A DNA stretch of 64,000 nucleotides from Eledone cirrhosa (lineage: Eukaryota). The stretch covers positions 30,938,001 to 31,002,000 of the forward strand of contig OZ024751.1 in NCBI GenBank assembly GCA_964016885.1, read 5' to 3'. The notes under the pieces were generated by a model that saw only the letters and a list, made by a program, of their open reading frames with translations, did no database searches and was not told the origin of the DNA. The position numbers and the translations under genes are program-made. Numbering within the stretch: the first letter of the stretch is position 1; the number at the start of each line of letters is the position of its first letter. Positions 39,095-52,380 of the stretch are shown here, in pieces.

Positions 39095-39580
39095 AAGGTG
39101 TACCTTTACATTTACAAACAAATGTATAGATTTATATTTTGATACTTCAATAGATATATGTAATTGATTGAGAAGGCGATAATGTAAAGGGTTTTTCCAA
39201 TAACTTTGTATTTATCACTACAATCATCTCACCATAACAATCTCTCTCTCTCTTTCTCTTTCTCTCTCTCTCTCTCTCTCCTACACACTGAACATGTCAG
39301 GGTTTCCTCACTTTTAATATCTCTATTATTTGTACCTACTTCCAATATATGTTTTTAAAACATCATTATTTATATCATTTCACGAAAGAGATAAGAGATG
39401 TGTCGGACATACAGATGGCACTTCATTAAAGATATCCAACCTCCGCTTTTTTTTTCTTTTTGTCACTAAATATTTCTAGATGTTTCTCTTACGTCATCAT
39501 CATCATCATCATTAGGTTCATACTGATCATAAAAGTAATGTTGGTGTTGATGGTAAAGACGATGATGATGATGGTGATGG
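39091..39580 (+). repeat. Left arm of a ~0.5-kb inverted duplication
   Basis: Reverse complement of about 46495-47045 with only scattered substitutions and microsatellite length differences. Confidence 0.95.
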
Positions 39581-39688
39581 TAAAGGAAACTTTAATCTGT
39601 TATTTTAATAAATATATATATACACACACTTACGGTAAACATTGATGTAATTCAACTACTTCGCATTTTCTTATCCTATATATATATA

Positions 39689-41197
39689 TCATCATCATCA
39701 TCGTTTAACGTCCATCTTCCACGCTTGCATGGGTTTGGACGGGAGTTTTCCCACTTGAGGCAAGAGTGGTTGTCTTGCTCGCATAGGACTGTCTGGCGGG
39801 TTTTCTACAGCTGGATGCCCTTCCTAACACCAACCACGTTTACAGTGTGGACTGGGAGGTTTTTACCGTGTTACCTACACGGCCACATTACAGCGTGGAC
39901 TGTGTGTTTTATTGTCGTGACACCTACACGACCTCATTTGTTTCGGACTGGATGTTGTGGTACCAACATAACTTTACAGAGAAAGAGGTGGTGTGGATGG
40001 GGTGGGGGGTGGGGGTGTATTTTTGTTAGAGGTGTCTACTGACTGTAGGTTTCACTTTGTACTTAGGCAAGGCGGGTCTTCTGTATTACTGTGTAGCGCC
40101 AAAGATCTCAGTCCAGTGACATTGTCTTGGAGAAGTGTAAGTGTGTGAGGTCAGAATTTATCAAGTCGTCCCAGGTTTTTCTGGGTCTGCCTACTCCGTG
40201 GCTACCGTCTATTTTTATCGCCCTGCACTTTTTTATACAGCTGTCGTCTTTCATGCGCATCACGTGACCGTACCAACGTAGTCTTCTCTCGAGTAAACGA
40301 CATCTGCGACATCTGATTCCTCTTATTCCTAATTTCTCCCTTAGTTCATTTATGCTTTGCCGTTCACGTATATTACTATTGCACATCCAACGGAACATGC
40401 AAGCTTCGTTCTTCTCCAGTCTGTGTATATCCTCTGCACACAATGCCCAGGTCACACTGCCATGTAACATTGCTGTTTGTATGCAGGCATCATACAGCCT
40501 GCCTTTCATTTTTAGAGAGAACCCTTTAGCGGCCAATAGTGGTATAAGCTCTCTGAACTTTTTCCATCCCGTTCTGACTCTAGCTACTGTACTTTGAGAG
40601 CACCCTCCACCACTGCTGATTTTGTCACCCAGGTAACGGAAGGTGTCCACTATTTCTATAGAACCATCTGGGCAATAGAAGGAACTAGTATCCTGTGGGC
40701 ACTTGCTACTACTTATTGCACCTGAGTATCGGCCACATATAAAATCTATATTCTTAGCTTACCTGTGATCCCACTACATCTTTTATGCACCCATACTTTG
40801 CATTTGGGACATAAAATGGAGTTTCTGCCTACTCCTTTCCTACACACTGAGCATGGCCATTTCCCAGATGGGACCAGTGCCCTATTTTCCTTCCTACAAA
40901 CTAGAAGTTTACTCTTAGACAGGTTAATTTTAAGGCATTTTGATTCTAGGTCATGCTTCCATGTTTGGAATTTCTTCTCTAGTTCAGCCATTGATTCAGC
41001 TATAAGCGTTAGATCATCAGCGTATAGGAGTTCCTCTGGGCAGCCGGTCTTGAACTCCTCTGTTATAGCCTGAAGGGCAATAATAAATAGTAGGGGGCTA
41101 AGGACGGAACCCTGATGAACACCAACTTTTACGCTAAACTCATCACTATATTCGTTGTTAATTCTAACATTCTTGACTGTTTCTTTATACATGGCTT
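39689..41197 (-). mobile_element. RTE LINE with partial RT domain and 3' end
   Basis: GVHQGSVLSPLLF..LLYADDL, Cys-rich CSVC..CPKC..VHKRC segment, (CAT)n tail. Confidence 0.95.
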
Positions 41198-41199
41198 GT

Positions 41200-41640
41200 A
41201 TTGCTCTAAAAAAAAATCGGTATTTAGTCTGGACCGATATTTTTTACAGTACTGTCAACACGGAGGTCTACATGAATATTTTGGACCAATTTTGTGCTCA
41301 ACTCACTGAAGATGAAAGACAGGTGTACTTCTTCCAATAGGACAAGGTGACTTACCACACTTCTCAGGTATCCATGCAGCAAGTCCATGGGATATTCTCT
41401 GAGGAATGCACAGTTAGCAAAATTTTGTGGCCACCATGTTCTCCTGACCTTTCAACAAGTGATTATTATTTCTGGGGACACTTGATGAGCACAGTGTATG
41501 AAAGAAATCAGCACATAATGCAGTCGCTGCCATTGATGTGACTATTTTATGTTGGGTGTACCTAAACATGGTTAGACGTGTACAGCTGTATATGGATGCT
41601 GCAGGGAACCATTTTCAAAATCTTCTATGATGGTGAATCA
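41200..41640 (+). mobile_element. Tc1/mariner (maT or rosa-like) transposase remnant
   Basis: TVNTEVY..L..F, FQ*D..YHT, WPPCSPDLSTSDYYFWGHL. Confidence 0.8.
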
Positions 41641-42099
41641 TTTCTAGCTACTCTTTCATCCATCACCTTGCACATTACATAGAACAATTAAAGTTATCAG
41701 TGATGCAAGAACAGGTTAAACTATCTAGCTCCATCTCAAATCAGTTTCCTTTCTATAAGTACTTTGTTGTGTCTTCTATCAAAGCACAGTATGTGTTTCT
41801 AGACACTTGACCTACATAAACTTTATGATGGTATAACCCATCTGACGAAATCATTGTGTAATGTGAACAGGATATTAACTCAGATTTTATATAACATTGA
41901 AACAGAATGTTGATTCAAATATTGTGAATTAGCAAAATTGGTAGCGCATTGGACAAAGGGCCTTGCATATCTAATTATATACTATTTCTTCTGAGTTTAA
42001 ATTCTGTCAAGGTAGATTCTGCCTATCATCCTTCTGGGGTCAATAACATAAAATAACAGTTTCACCAAATTTGGGTTGTTGTGCTAATGTTGCAAATTA

Positions 42100-42410
42100 T
42101 TTTCTCTTATGAAATAATCTTCCTCCAGTCTAATGCACTTTCCCACCCTTCACAGCCAGGCCTCCATGCACTCTTGCAAGGATATCCCGGGATTCTCCAC
42201 AGCTCTGTCATCACGGCCCTCTTGATGGCTTCTGCTTCCGAAAAATGGGTCCTCTTGATGACCCTCTTGAGCTTGGGGAAAAGGAAAAAAAAATTGGGTG
42301 AGTAGGGAGGTTGCTCCAGCATGGGGATGTTCTTCTTGGCCAGGGACTGCCAGATGTACAGGGCATTGTGAGCTAGCACATTGTCGTGGTGAAGTAGGAG
42401 TGTGCATGCC
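42100..42410 (-). mobile_element. Mariner (DD34D-type) transposase remnant
   Basis: HHDN..AH, QPPYSP, FLFPKLK..HF motifs. Confidence 0.8.
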
Positions 42411-42462
42411 GATTGTCGGCTGACTGTTCGATATATCAGTCACAACAGATATGATGTATCAT

Positions 42463-42502
<40 letters not shown>

Positions 42503-42560
42503 CCAACAGATATGATCTGTCATAGTTGATATATCAGTCAACAGATATAATGTATCATAA

Positions 42561-42627
<67 letters not shown>

Positions 42628-42630
<3 letters not shown>

Positions 42631-42740
42631 AATGGTAGCACAGTGGTCCGGATAACCAAAGATGTGGGTTCGACTCCCATGTACGTCAATACTCATCTTT
42701 TTCCATTTCCCCGAGGGTTCTTAACCCCAATATCAGGCTA
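42628..42740 (+). mobile_element. tRNA-derived SINE head
   Basis: AAATGGTAGCAC A-box and GGGTTCGACTCCC B-box. No complete cloverleaf; embedded in (TA)n. Confidence 0.55.
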
Positions 42741-42850
42741 AATAATTTCTTTAATTTCTTTAGTCAAAATACGGCGATAGCTAACATTTCTAATAATTTC
42801 AAACCCACTCTCTGTTTCGAAAATATTCTTACTATATATATATATATATT

Positions 42851-44646
42851 TGGAGATAAATGTGTCCGGAATGATGCTGGTGTACTTAGTGTCATGAATG
42901 ATCAGAAAAAGGAGGCCTGGAAATGTCATTATGAGAGACTGATGAATGTGGAGAACGAATGGGAGAGAGAGAAATTGCCCTCAGTAGAGCCGACAGAGGG
43001 ACCAGCTATTGAGATTGACGAATATAGGGTCCAAGAGGCGATTAAGGAAATGAAAAATGGTAAGGCTGCTGAACCATCGGGGATAGTTGCTGTATGGCAG
43101 TGTCATACCCAAAGACTGGTGCAGCAGTATTCTCATAAATTGCTACAAAGGTAAAGGGGTTGCTCTGGAGAGGAGCAATTATAGGGTATAAAACTGATGG
43201 ATCAGGTTATGAAAGTGGCAGAAAGGATATTAGCACAACTAATTAGAGAAAGGGTCAAACTAAATGAGATGCAGTTTGGTTTTGTGCCTGGGAAGAGTAC
43301 AACAGATGCCCTCTTCTTGGTGAGACAATTACAAGAGAGGTTCTTAGAGAAAAATAAGCCACTATACTTAGCCTTTGTTGACCTAGAGAAGGCCTTTGAT
43401 AGGGTACCCCGATCTGTCATCTGGTGGTCCCTAAGGAAACCAGGTGTTGAGGAATGGCTTGTGAGGACAGTGCAAACTTTGTACGGAAGTACTGTCAGTA
43501 AAGTCATGGTAGGAATGGAGTTTAGTGAGGAATTCCAGATACAAGTAGGAGCACATCAAGGTTCGGTCCTCAGCCCGCTCTTGTTCATTATAGTCCTCCA
43601 AGCCATAACAGAGGAGTTTAAGACTGGCTGTCCATGGGAACTTCTCTATGCTGACGATCTGGTTCTTATAGCAGAATCAGTAGAGGAGCTAGAGAATAAA
43701 TTCTGGCTATGGAAACAGCAGTTGGAAGCAAGAGGACTGAGAGTGAACCTAGCTAAGACAAAAGTGTTGATGAGTAGAAAAGAGGACAAAACTCTGATTC
43801 CGTCAGGGAAATGGCCATGTTCGATATGCAGAAAAGGAACTGGCATAAATTCTATAAAATGCACACAATGCAGATCCTGGGTACACAAGAGATGTAGTGG
43901 GATAGCAGGCAAACTAACAGGTAGGGAGAAATACGTATGCAGTAGATGTACAGGGAAATTATACAGTAGAAGTCACATTGATAGACACATTTTTCAAATG
44001 CAGGCGGGTGCTATAGAAGTGGTGGATAGCTTCCAGTACCTAAGAGATCAGATTAGCATGGGAGGGGGGTTCTGAGGCCATAGTATCTAGAATAAGGACG
44101 GGTTGGAAGAAGTTTAGGGAGCTGCTTCCTCTGCTGACGAAGAAGGGTTTTCCCCTGTGTACGAAAGGCCGGTTATATGATACCTGTGTGAGGAGCGCGA
44201 TGCTGCATGGTAGTGAGACATGGGCAGCAACTTCAGAGGATATGCAACGGCTGGAGAGAAATGAGGCAAGCATACTCCGTTGGATGTACAGTGTAAATGT
44301 GCGTGAACGAGCCAGCATGAATGTGTTGAGAGAGAAACTGTCTGAAAGGGATAGAATGTAGTGTGTGAGAGAGGAGACTGAGATGGTAGGGACATGTGAT
44401 GCGCATGGAGGATGACCGATGGGTGAAGAAGTGCGAGGAAATACCAGTTTGAGGGAGATGTGGTAGAGGTAGACCACGAAAAACATGGGCGGAGGTGGTG
44501 AGAACACACCTCAGATCGCTGAAGCTCACGGTGGAGATGACAAAGGACCATGACAAGTGGAGAGATGCTGTGCTGAATAGGATCTGTCCTACCCTTGCAA
44601 GCAGGAAAAAGCAGACGTAAAATGATGATGATGATGATGATGATGA
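42851..44646 (+). mobile_element. RTE LINE with RT domain and 3' end, frameshifted
   Basis: QFGF..AFVDLEKAFDRV..QGSVLSPLLF..YADDL, PHD-like Cys/His region, (GAT)n tail. Confidence 0.95.
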
Positions 44647-44902
44647 TATTTGTTTTTGAATTTGCTTTGCAAGATTTCTTATCTGAAAACGTGTGTTGAA
44701 ACAGATACTGTTATACTTTGGGAGGATCATGTTGCCAATAAAAACAGGTGCTTGTGTTTTTATTGGCAACATGACCCTTCCAAAGTATAACAATATATAT
44801 ATATATATGTATACATATATATATATATATGTATACATATATATATACATATATATATATATGTATATATATATGTATACATATATATATATATATGTAT
44901 AC

Positions 44903-44985
<83 letters not shown>

Positions 44986-45319
44986 AACAGATATGATCTG
45001 TCATAGTTGATACATCTGTAATTAGCTGCTGCTCTTAATTCATCCATGTCACATGATCAAATCTGAAAGTGGTCGGCATGTATCTATGTATGTTCTGTTA
45101 GTACAATTGTACTCTGACCAAACTAGTACATACTGATATGTACAGATTCTAATCTGGACACAAAATACATCAATATTTAATAATGGATCACTGATTGAAA
45201 GAGAAGTTAGCTTTCCGTTGTATGTTTCTCTATCTCTTTTTCTCTCACCTTTTTTCTCTCCCACACCCTCTTTCTTAAATATACACACATACACAGATGC
45301 AAGGACAATCACACACACA

Positions 45320-46045
45320 GTGAGGGCAAGTACACTGTTATCATTACGGACACACTTCACCCCGACAATATCACGGTTTTCCTTGACACATTGCCTAGCA
45401 ATCCTGAACACCTCACATTTTTGGTCCTCACGTTGTAGAACATGCTTGAACTTTCTATCCTCTGCTTCCCTTTTTGCAAGGTACACTTGTCTCCTAGCTT
45501 CTCTCCTAGCCACTTGATAGTGCTCTCTACTTCCCTCATCCTGCCATACTTTCCAAGCCTGCTTTTTGGCCTTGATTGTCTCCTCCACCTTACTGTTCCA
45601 CCACCAAGTTACTCTCCTCCTGCCAATAGGTCTGCTCCAGCCACAGATTTCATCCGTTGCTTTCAAGAATTGCCACTGTTCCTCTATATTGCACGTCTCT
45701 AATTGCTGTTCCTTATTGTCAAAGGCATCAAGTAATAAGCTTTTAAATTTGTCACTGGCTATGGGGTCCTTCAACTTCCATATTCTTCTCCTCAAGGTAG
45801 GCCTCCTCTGTCGTCGAGTACATCTATTCCTGACTATGAGGTCACTAACTACTAGGCTATGTTGGGAGGTGCATTCTTCACGGGGGAGGGATTTAGTGTT
45901 TACAACAGACACTTTGTCACGTCTTCTAGTAAGGATATAATCTACCTGGCTGGCATGTTCCCCTGATCTATAAGTGATCAAGTGGTTTTCTTGGTTTTTG
46001 AAGTTTGTGTTACAGATAGTTAGGTTATTAGCATCACAGAATTCC
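45320..46045 (-). mobile_element. RTE LINE fragment (APE endonuclease C-terminus and linker)
   Basis: ITYRSGEHASQVDYIL..SQHSLVV..TWWWN..KCVRND. Confidence 0.9.
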
Positions 46046-46494
46046 AGGATATATATCTATGTGCATGGGTTGGACTGGTTGCCATATTCTGGGGCTAGAT
46101 CTGTTAGGTGACCATGTCTTGCTCATATATTTCATATTCGGCATATATTTACATATATGCATTACATCCACTCTGTATATGCTGTAAAGTGGTTGGTGAT
46201 ATGAAGGCCATCCATCTGCAGAAAGCTTGCCAAACAAAGGGCTGGGTGAACCCTCCAGTTGTGTCAGAGACATAACAACCTACCTAGTGCTAGTATCATG
46301 ATAAAATGCACCGGGGTGAGTATGGAACTGTATAAGCGAGATGCAAGCCCGCAGCCCATCTAAGAGATCAGTAGCCCTGCTTAAGTATTAACTTAGTCTG
46401 TAAAGATCTGTTCAACCCTTGCTAACAGGGAAAACAGATGTTAAATGATGATGATATGTATGTATATATTAAATGTATATCATTCATCATCATC

Positions 46495-47045
46495 ACCATC
46501 ACCACCATCACCATCACCATCATGTCTTTACCATCAACACCAACATTACTTTTATGATCAGTATGAACTTAATGATGATGATGATGATGACGTAAGAGAA
46601 ACATCTAGAAATATTTAGTGACAAAAAGAAAAAAAAGCGGAGATTGGATATCTTTAATGAAGTGCCATCTGTATGTCCGACATACATCTCTTATCTCTTT
46701 CGTGAAATGATATAAATAATGATGTTTTAAAAACATATATTGGAAGTAGGTACAAATAATAGAGATATTAAAAGTGAGGAAACCCTGACATTTTCAGTGT
46801 GTAGGAGAGAGAGAGAAATGGAGAGAGTGTGTGTGAAAGAGAGAGAGAGGGGGCAAGAGAGAGAGAGAGAGAGAGAGAGATTGTTATGGTGAGATGATTG
46901 TAGTGATAAATACAAAGTTATTGGAAAAACCCTTTACATTATCGCTTTCTTAACCAATTACATATATCTATTGAAGTATCAAAATATAAATCTATACATT
47001 TGTTTGTAAATGTAAAGGTACATATGTTCCCACCTTCACAAACAC
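46495..47045 (-). repeat. Right arm of the ~0.5-kb inverted duplication
   Basis: For example gtgccatctgtatgtccgaca here versus tgtcggacatacagatggcac at 39401. Confidence 0.95.
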
Positions 47046-47314
47046 ACACACACACCAGGTCGTTTATACATTCGCGGTAATGATTGAATAGAAAGTCATA
47101 TAGAAGGTATATATATCATATGTCCATATATGTACATATGACAGCATGACTTTCCATACAATCATTACCGCAAATGTATATATATATATGTGTGTGTGTG
47201 TATATATATATACATGTGTGTGTATGTATATATATATATGTGTGTGTGTGTGTATATATATATTCAAATATTTCAAATTGAGCTTGCAAATATGCATGGA
47301 TACGCATCCCACCC

Positions 47315-47353
<39 letters not shown>

Positions 47354-47594
47354 ATATATATCGTTTTACAAAAACAATATAACAGGTTATAACCATAGGT
47401 GAATATGTTGCACACACCTAAAATTAAGTAATTTGACATTTCTATATATACATATGTACATATATATATGTACATATGTACATATTTATATATATACATA
47501 TACTGAAGCTACTGTGTGCAATAACTAAATAAATAAATGAATAAATAAAGAGGGAAAGAATGAAATTTTGCTGTTACACCAGGAAATGACAAAT

Positions 47595-47812
47595 TAATAA
47601 TGGTTTCTTATATAGGCACAAAGTCAGCCTTTTTGGGGGGAGAGGAAAGTCGATTAAATTGACCCCAGTGCGTGACTGGTACTTTATCCCCGTAAGGATG
47701 AGAGGCAAATTAACCTCGGCGGGATTTGAACTCAGAATATAAAGGGACTATATGCCATAAAGCATATTGTGGAATGTTCTACCGATTCTGCCAATCCATA
47801 ATAATAATAATT
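47595..47812 (-). mobile_element. Meta-domain-like tRNA SINE
   Basis: Minus strand TGGCAGAATCGGTAGA A-box, GAGTTCAAATCCCGCCGAGG B-box, central domain. Confidence 0.85.
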
Positions 47813-47856
47813 GCAGCTCTACCATACTTTCAATCCACCTGCAACTTTGCAGGTAG

Positions 47857-47921
<65 letters not shown>

Positions 47922-48252
47922 CCTTATATATATATATATATAACCTTATATAAAAAGGTTACAGTCTGCCCCAAGCTGAGATGTTCATTAGGTTGGAGTT
48001 TATATTGGTTTCATTGATATTAGGTGACTGAGAGTACAAGACTCACCCTTGGACAAGGCACCAGTCCATCATAGAGTTAACTAGTTCAGAAATTGAACTA
48101 ACGACATTCTGATCACAAGTCCAACACCTTAAACCAAATGCCTTATCAATCCTACTTAAGCATACATATAGTATTAACTGACCTAAAAGGAAAAACATGT
48201 GTGTGTGTGTGTGTGTGTGAGTTAGATCATTTAAAAGTATTAAATATTTTAT

Positions 48253-49230
48253 CTTCTTCTTTGCCCATTTAATTCTTAGCGGGTCATGGGGACAGAGTCC
48301 TCAAACATTCCCTGCAGCGGGTCCTGTCAGAAACAACCGTTTCCAACTGCTCCAGCTGGATGTGAGACCAGTCGAGCTCATGGATTTTATCCAACCATCT
48401 TTCTTGGGAGCTACCCCTGAGTCTTCTGCCAGTTGGTTTTGTCCGTAAAATCTGTCATGGGATTCTTTTCAGAAGCCTTCTAACCACATGCCAATTCTAC
48501 CAAAGCTGTGTTCTCTCAATTTGCAGAAGTAGCAGCTCTAGCTGGAGCAATTCTCTGATCTCTGAGTTATGTACTCTATTAACTAATTTTACTCCAAAGA
48601 CACTTTAAAGTAACCCCATTTTGGCCACGTGTATTTGCGATCGTATTCTTTCAGCCATTACCCAAGATTCATAACCATAGGTAAAAGTTGTCATGAATAC
48701 TGAATTGAAGATAGTGAGTTTGGCTTTTACACCTACTTCCTTTCTGATTACTGAATGTTGAAGCTGGTGTATTACTGCGCCAGCTCCTGCAATTCTTTAA
48801 CTTAATTCAGCCTCCTGTCTTCCATCACTTGAGAACATGGCCCCAAGATACTTCCCCACCTGCTTCAGTAGAACTCCATTCACATGTAGAGTGAACTGCG
48901 CAAGCTTCCCTGAGAAGATGAGTGGCTCAGTTTTCGCAACACTGATTTTCATTCCAGCCATGCAGCACTCGGCATCAAACCTATCAAATGCAAGTCAAAG
49001 ATCACCTTCTTTCGAGTTAAGTAATACCATGTCATCTGGAAATTCCAGCTGACTAATTTTACACTTGCCAGTTATGATGCCACTTCCAGCCCAGCTGCAT
49101 ATGTCAATCCTGTTCATGAAAATGATGAACAGGAGAGGTGACAGTATGCACCCTTGGTAGAGTCCGACTCCTGCATTAAATGGTTTCGATTTAGTACCAT
49201 TTATCTGAACACTAATACTGGGGCATTCGT
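48253..49230 (-). mobile_element. Older RTE-clade LINE of a different family, 3' part
   Basis: Minus frames give GLYQGCILSPLLFIIFMNRID and AGMKISVAKTE. Short (AAG) tail. Confidence 0.75.
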
Positions 49231-50140
49231 ATAATTATCTCATGCTTTAACAAGTATAATTGTTTTTTTTTTTAAACAAACTTTTAAAGGTAATATTTCT
49301 TTCGGTGTAATATCTTTAAAAATAGAATGCTTTGCGATATTCGTTCGGGCTCTCTACTCTCTGAGTTCAAATCCCTCCGAGGTTAACTTTACCCTTCATC
49401 CTTTCAAGGTTGATAAAAAAAAGTACCTGTGTTGTACTGGGTCGATTTTTCCTATATATCTCTTTCTCACTTCCTCTCTCTCACATTCTATTTTTCTCTG
49501 GATGAAATCGTCTATGTTCATACCTGGAAAAATGGGCTCTGCCAGGTTTAAAAAAGCCCAAGAAATGCTGTATGCCACTATGACTCCATCGGCAGTTATG
49601 GGGCCTCCTTAACGTAAGTTAATGTCTTAAAATGAAATAAAATGTAGACGAGTTTATCTGGGTTATTTGACAAAAAGAAAAAAAAAACAGGACTAAATAT
49701 TATTTTTCCCAGAAATTTGCGATAAATTCACTTGACACACATACACACTTACCCCGCCCCCTCTCTCAATGTAGCAATAAGATATTATTTCGTAATATAT
49801 TTTGTGTGTAAAGAAAAAGATTTTTCTTTTTTAAATTGTTATTGGAAAATTGACACATAGAACAAGATAATTATTTCGGTACTTTTGGGAGTTTGTTTCC
49901 GTTTTTTTTTGCTTTGTTTTGTTTTGTTTTTTGGAAAAAACCCTACAAGTTATTTGTAGTAATTTGTTTATCATGCAACAATCAATAAACAGATTTAGGA
50001 GTGCTCCATTAATTATGTAGTGGAAAGAATACATATATATATGTAATAGATAATTGAAAATCTTAAAACACTAATATATTGGGGGGGGGGGGGGGGGTAT
50101 TTCCTGAATAATGCGGCCTTAATTAAAAGAAGGAAGTGCA

Positions 50141-50350
50141 GTGGAATGGCAGAATCGGTAGAGCATCGAACAATATAATTTACGGCATATAGTTACGTCT
50201 CTTTACATTCTGAATTCTAATCCCGTCGAGGTTAACTTTGTTTTTTATCTTTACGGGGTCATTAAAATAAAGTACCAGTAACGTACTGGAGTCGTTTTAA
50301 TCGACTTTCTCCTTTCCTTCAAATTGCTGGCCATGTGCCAAATTTAAAAA
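50141..50350 (+). mobile_element. Meta-domain-like tRNA SINE; more copies near 6515, 17500, 21855, 41930, 49330 and 63790
   Basis: TGGCAGAATCGGTAGAGCA..TAAAATAAAGTACCAGT..CTGGCC.TGTGCC. Confidence 0.85.
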
Positions 50351-50565
50351 CAATGAATAAAGAGGGGGGGGGGGCATAGGTACTATTCGCTATTCTTTTT
50401 ATTAACATGCATTTATTTCTTATTGGATACGTCTTACAGAATAAAAATATAAACAAATAATAAATACAATTAATTATTGCTAGGATCCTCATAATGCACA
50501 AAAATATATAATCAAAGAGAGAAAAACACAAAAAAAACCCCATCAATTCACCACCAAGTGATCAA

Positions 50566-52380
50566 TCAGTCACACACCACATGGGTCATTGGAAATTTTT
50601 GAGGCAAACCAACACACTGAAATAACCAGCGACCCTCACCTGACACCTCAGTAAAGTGAGCCGCCAATGATGATAAGAACTTCGCAGTCAGTGGCCCAAC
50701 TCCACTAAACGTCTCGAACGCCATAGGCTGGAAAAAATAATTGTTTGATAGTTCCCAGTATTTTCGGATTTTATTCCATTCTGCAACAGAAGCAGTGACT
50801 TTCACATTCACCACAGCATCCATGATGTGGGCGGGAGCAAAAGAGTCACTGACTGTGGCATCCCAGATGAGACACATGCTTCTTACCCAGGGACAAAGGG
50901 TAAGGCTGTCTGGTATCTTCCCATCACCTCAAGATAATCCAGCCAGCTCCAGAACAGGGGATATTTACTCGAACTAGGGCCTGCTTAATGATCAGGTTTA
51001 GCTCAGTGTGGCAGGACAAGCTATGGAGTTGAGGGACCTACTACAGTGACATCTCAAACCCCCACAGGCATCAGCTCCCACTTGGAATGTAATGGAGAGG
51101 TGGAGCTCGTCATGACTGAGAAGACCATCAATGTTGGCTACAGGCAGGGCATCAATCCAGTCTCCCGAGAACTCTGCACTTGCAGAAAGTAAGCAGCACC
51201 TAGAAAATTGATCAGAGACCGAGACCTCTAAATTGTTTGAGCAAGGGAGCCTAGTCGTCAATTTAGATCGAAAGATGGATTGAAAGGCTTGGTCAGTAAT
51301 TGGAGCTCCAAGAGAACACTATGCTGATGAGGAAGAAACCACAATAGAGGGCAAGTACTCTGTAAACAGGTTTATAGTCTGTTGATGTGAAGCTGGGTGG
51401 TTGAGGGGCCATGGCTCACATTTGGAACTGTTGACATGAAGGCCCCTATGACCCAGTTCCTCAATCATCATCTTTGCGGTTGCAAGGACCTTGTCTAGAG
51501 GACCCTCCAAACAAGCATCTTCCAGATACCAAACATTCAAATCTTGGTCTATTCCCATCTTGGTGACGTCATCAATGTTCAGTGTGAAAAGAGATCTGAG
51601 TGGGTCACCTGTTGGACCCCCTGTGGCAGATAGGATGAAATGATCACCGAAGGAGAGATATGAGGGCTCCCAATAGGCTTGCCAAGCAAAGTAGTAAAGT
51701 TGCAGGGCCCTCTCCTTTACTAAACAGAGGATGACATCCTGACTAATGGATAACCTTGAGGGTTTCAGAAGGCAAGTTTATAGATACTCTGGTGGTATGA
51801 GTAGCAGCCTCACAACCCAGCTTGGTACCCACCCCGAGCTGAATAGGAGAAAATTTGGCAGACAGGCTGTCTGAAATCAAAGTCAGACATACTTTCACTG
51901 TGAGCCATTGCAGTGGGCACCTAACTACTATGAGGCGGAGGTCGCCATTGGGCTTTGTGAGGCCAAACAGTTTAGCCCCAAAGAACAGGGGGCGAATATA
52001 AGGGAAGACATTCTCAAATGAGAACAGAGTGAGGTTCTCTAAGAGCTCAAGGCCGGCATTTCCAGCTGATAGGAGACACCAATCCTTGAGGTACTGGGGT
52101 TGTAGATCATCAATCTCTTCACCAGAATCCGCAGGAAAGGATATGATCGCCTTCTTGGCGTTATCTGGGGTGAAGACAGGTTGTAAATAACCTGATGGAT
52201 TGGGTCAGTGTAAGTGGTCAAACGGAGGAACCAGAGGATGTTTCTCCCTCAGTCGATTGAGTAAATAAATAGTGCACTAGGCGAGAGATGACAGAGAGGA
52301 GAGGAGGCGAACAGCCCCTTTAATGCCAAATTTGTTGAAGTTGGCGTTGACCGCTTTTTTTAAGGTTTGGTGATCGTCCA
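50566..52380 (-). mobile_element. Decayed CRE-clade non-LTR retrotransposon (RT, Cys-rich knuckle, restriction-like endonuclease)
   Basis: Frameshifted motifs: QLGVGTKLGCEAATH, a frameshifted QQGDP-like segment, VWYLEDA (YLDD), GDWIDALP, PDSLTLCPW..WDATVSDS, AEWNKIRKY, FQPMAFET, WLFQ. Confidence 0.85.

Noticed and set aside
41835-41880. CTGACGA hammerhead-like core (similar traces near 28825-28870 and 53232)
   Set aside because: The GAAA core or the stems cannot be completed; too degenerate to call.
42628-42700. tRNA gene
   Set aside because: A and B boxes are present but there is no acceptor stem or full cloverleaf; it is a SINE head.
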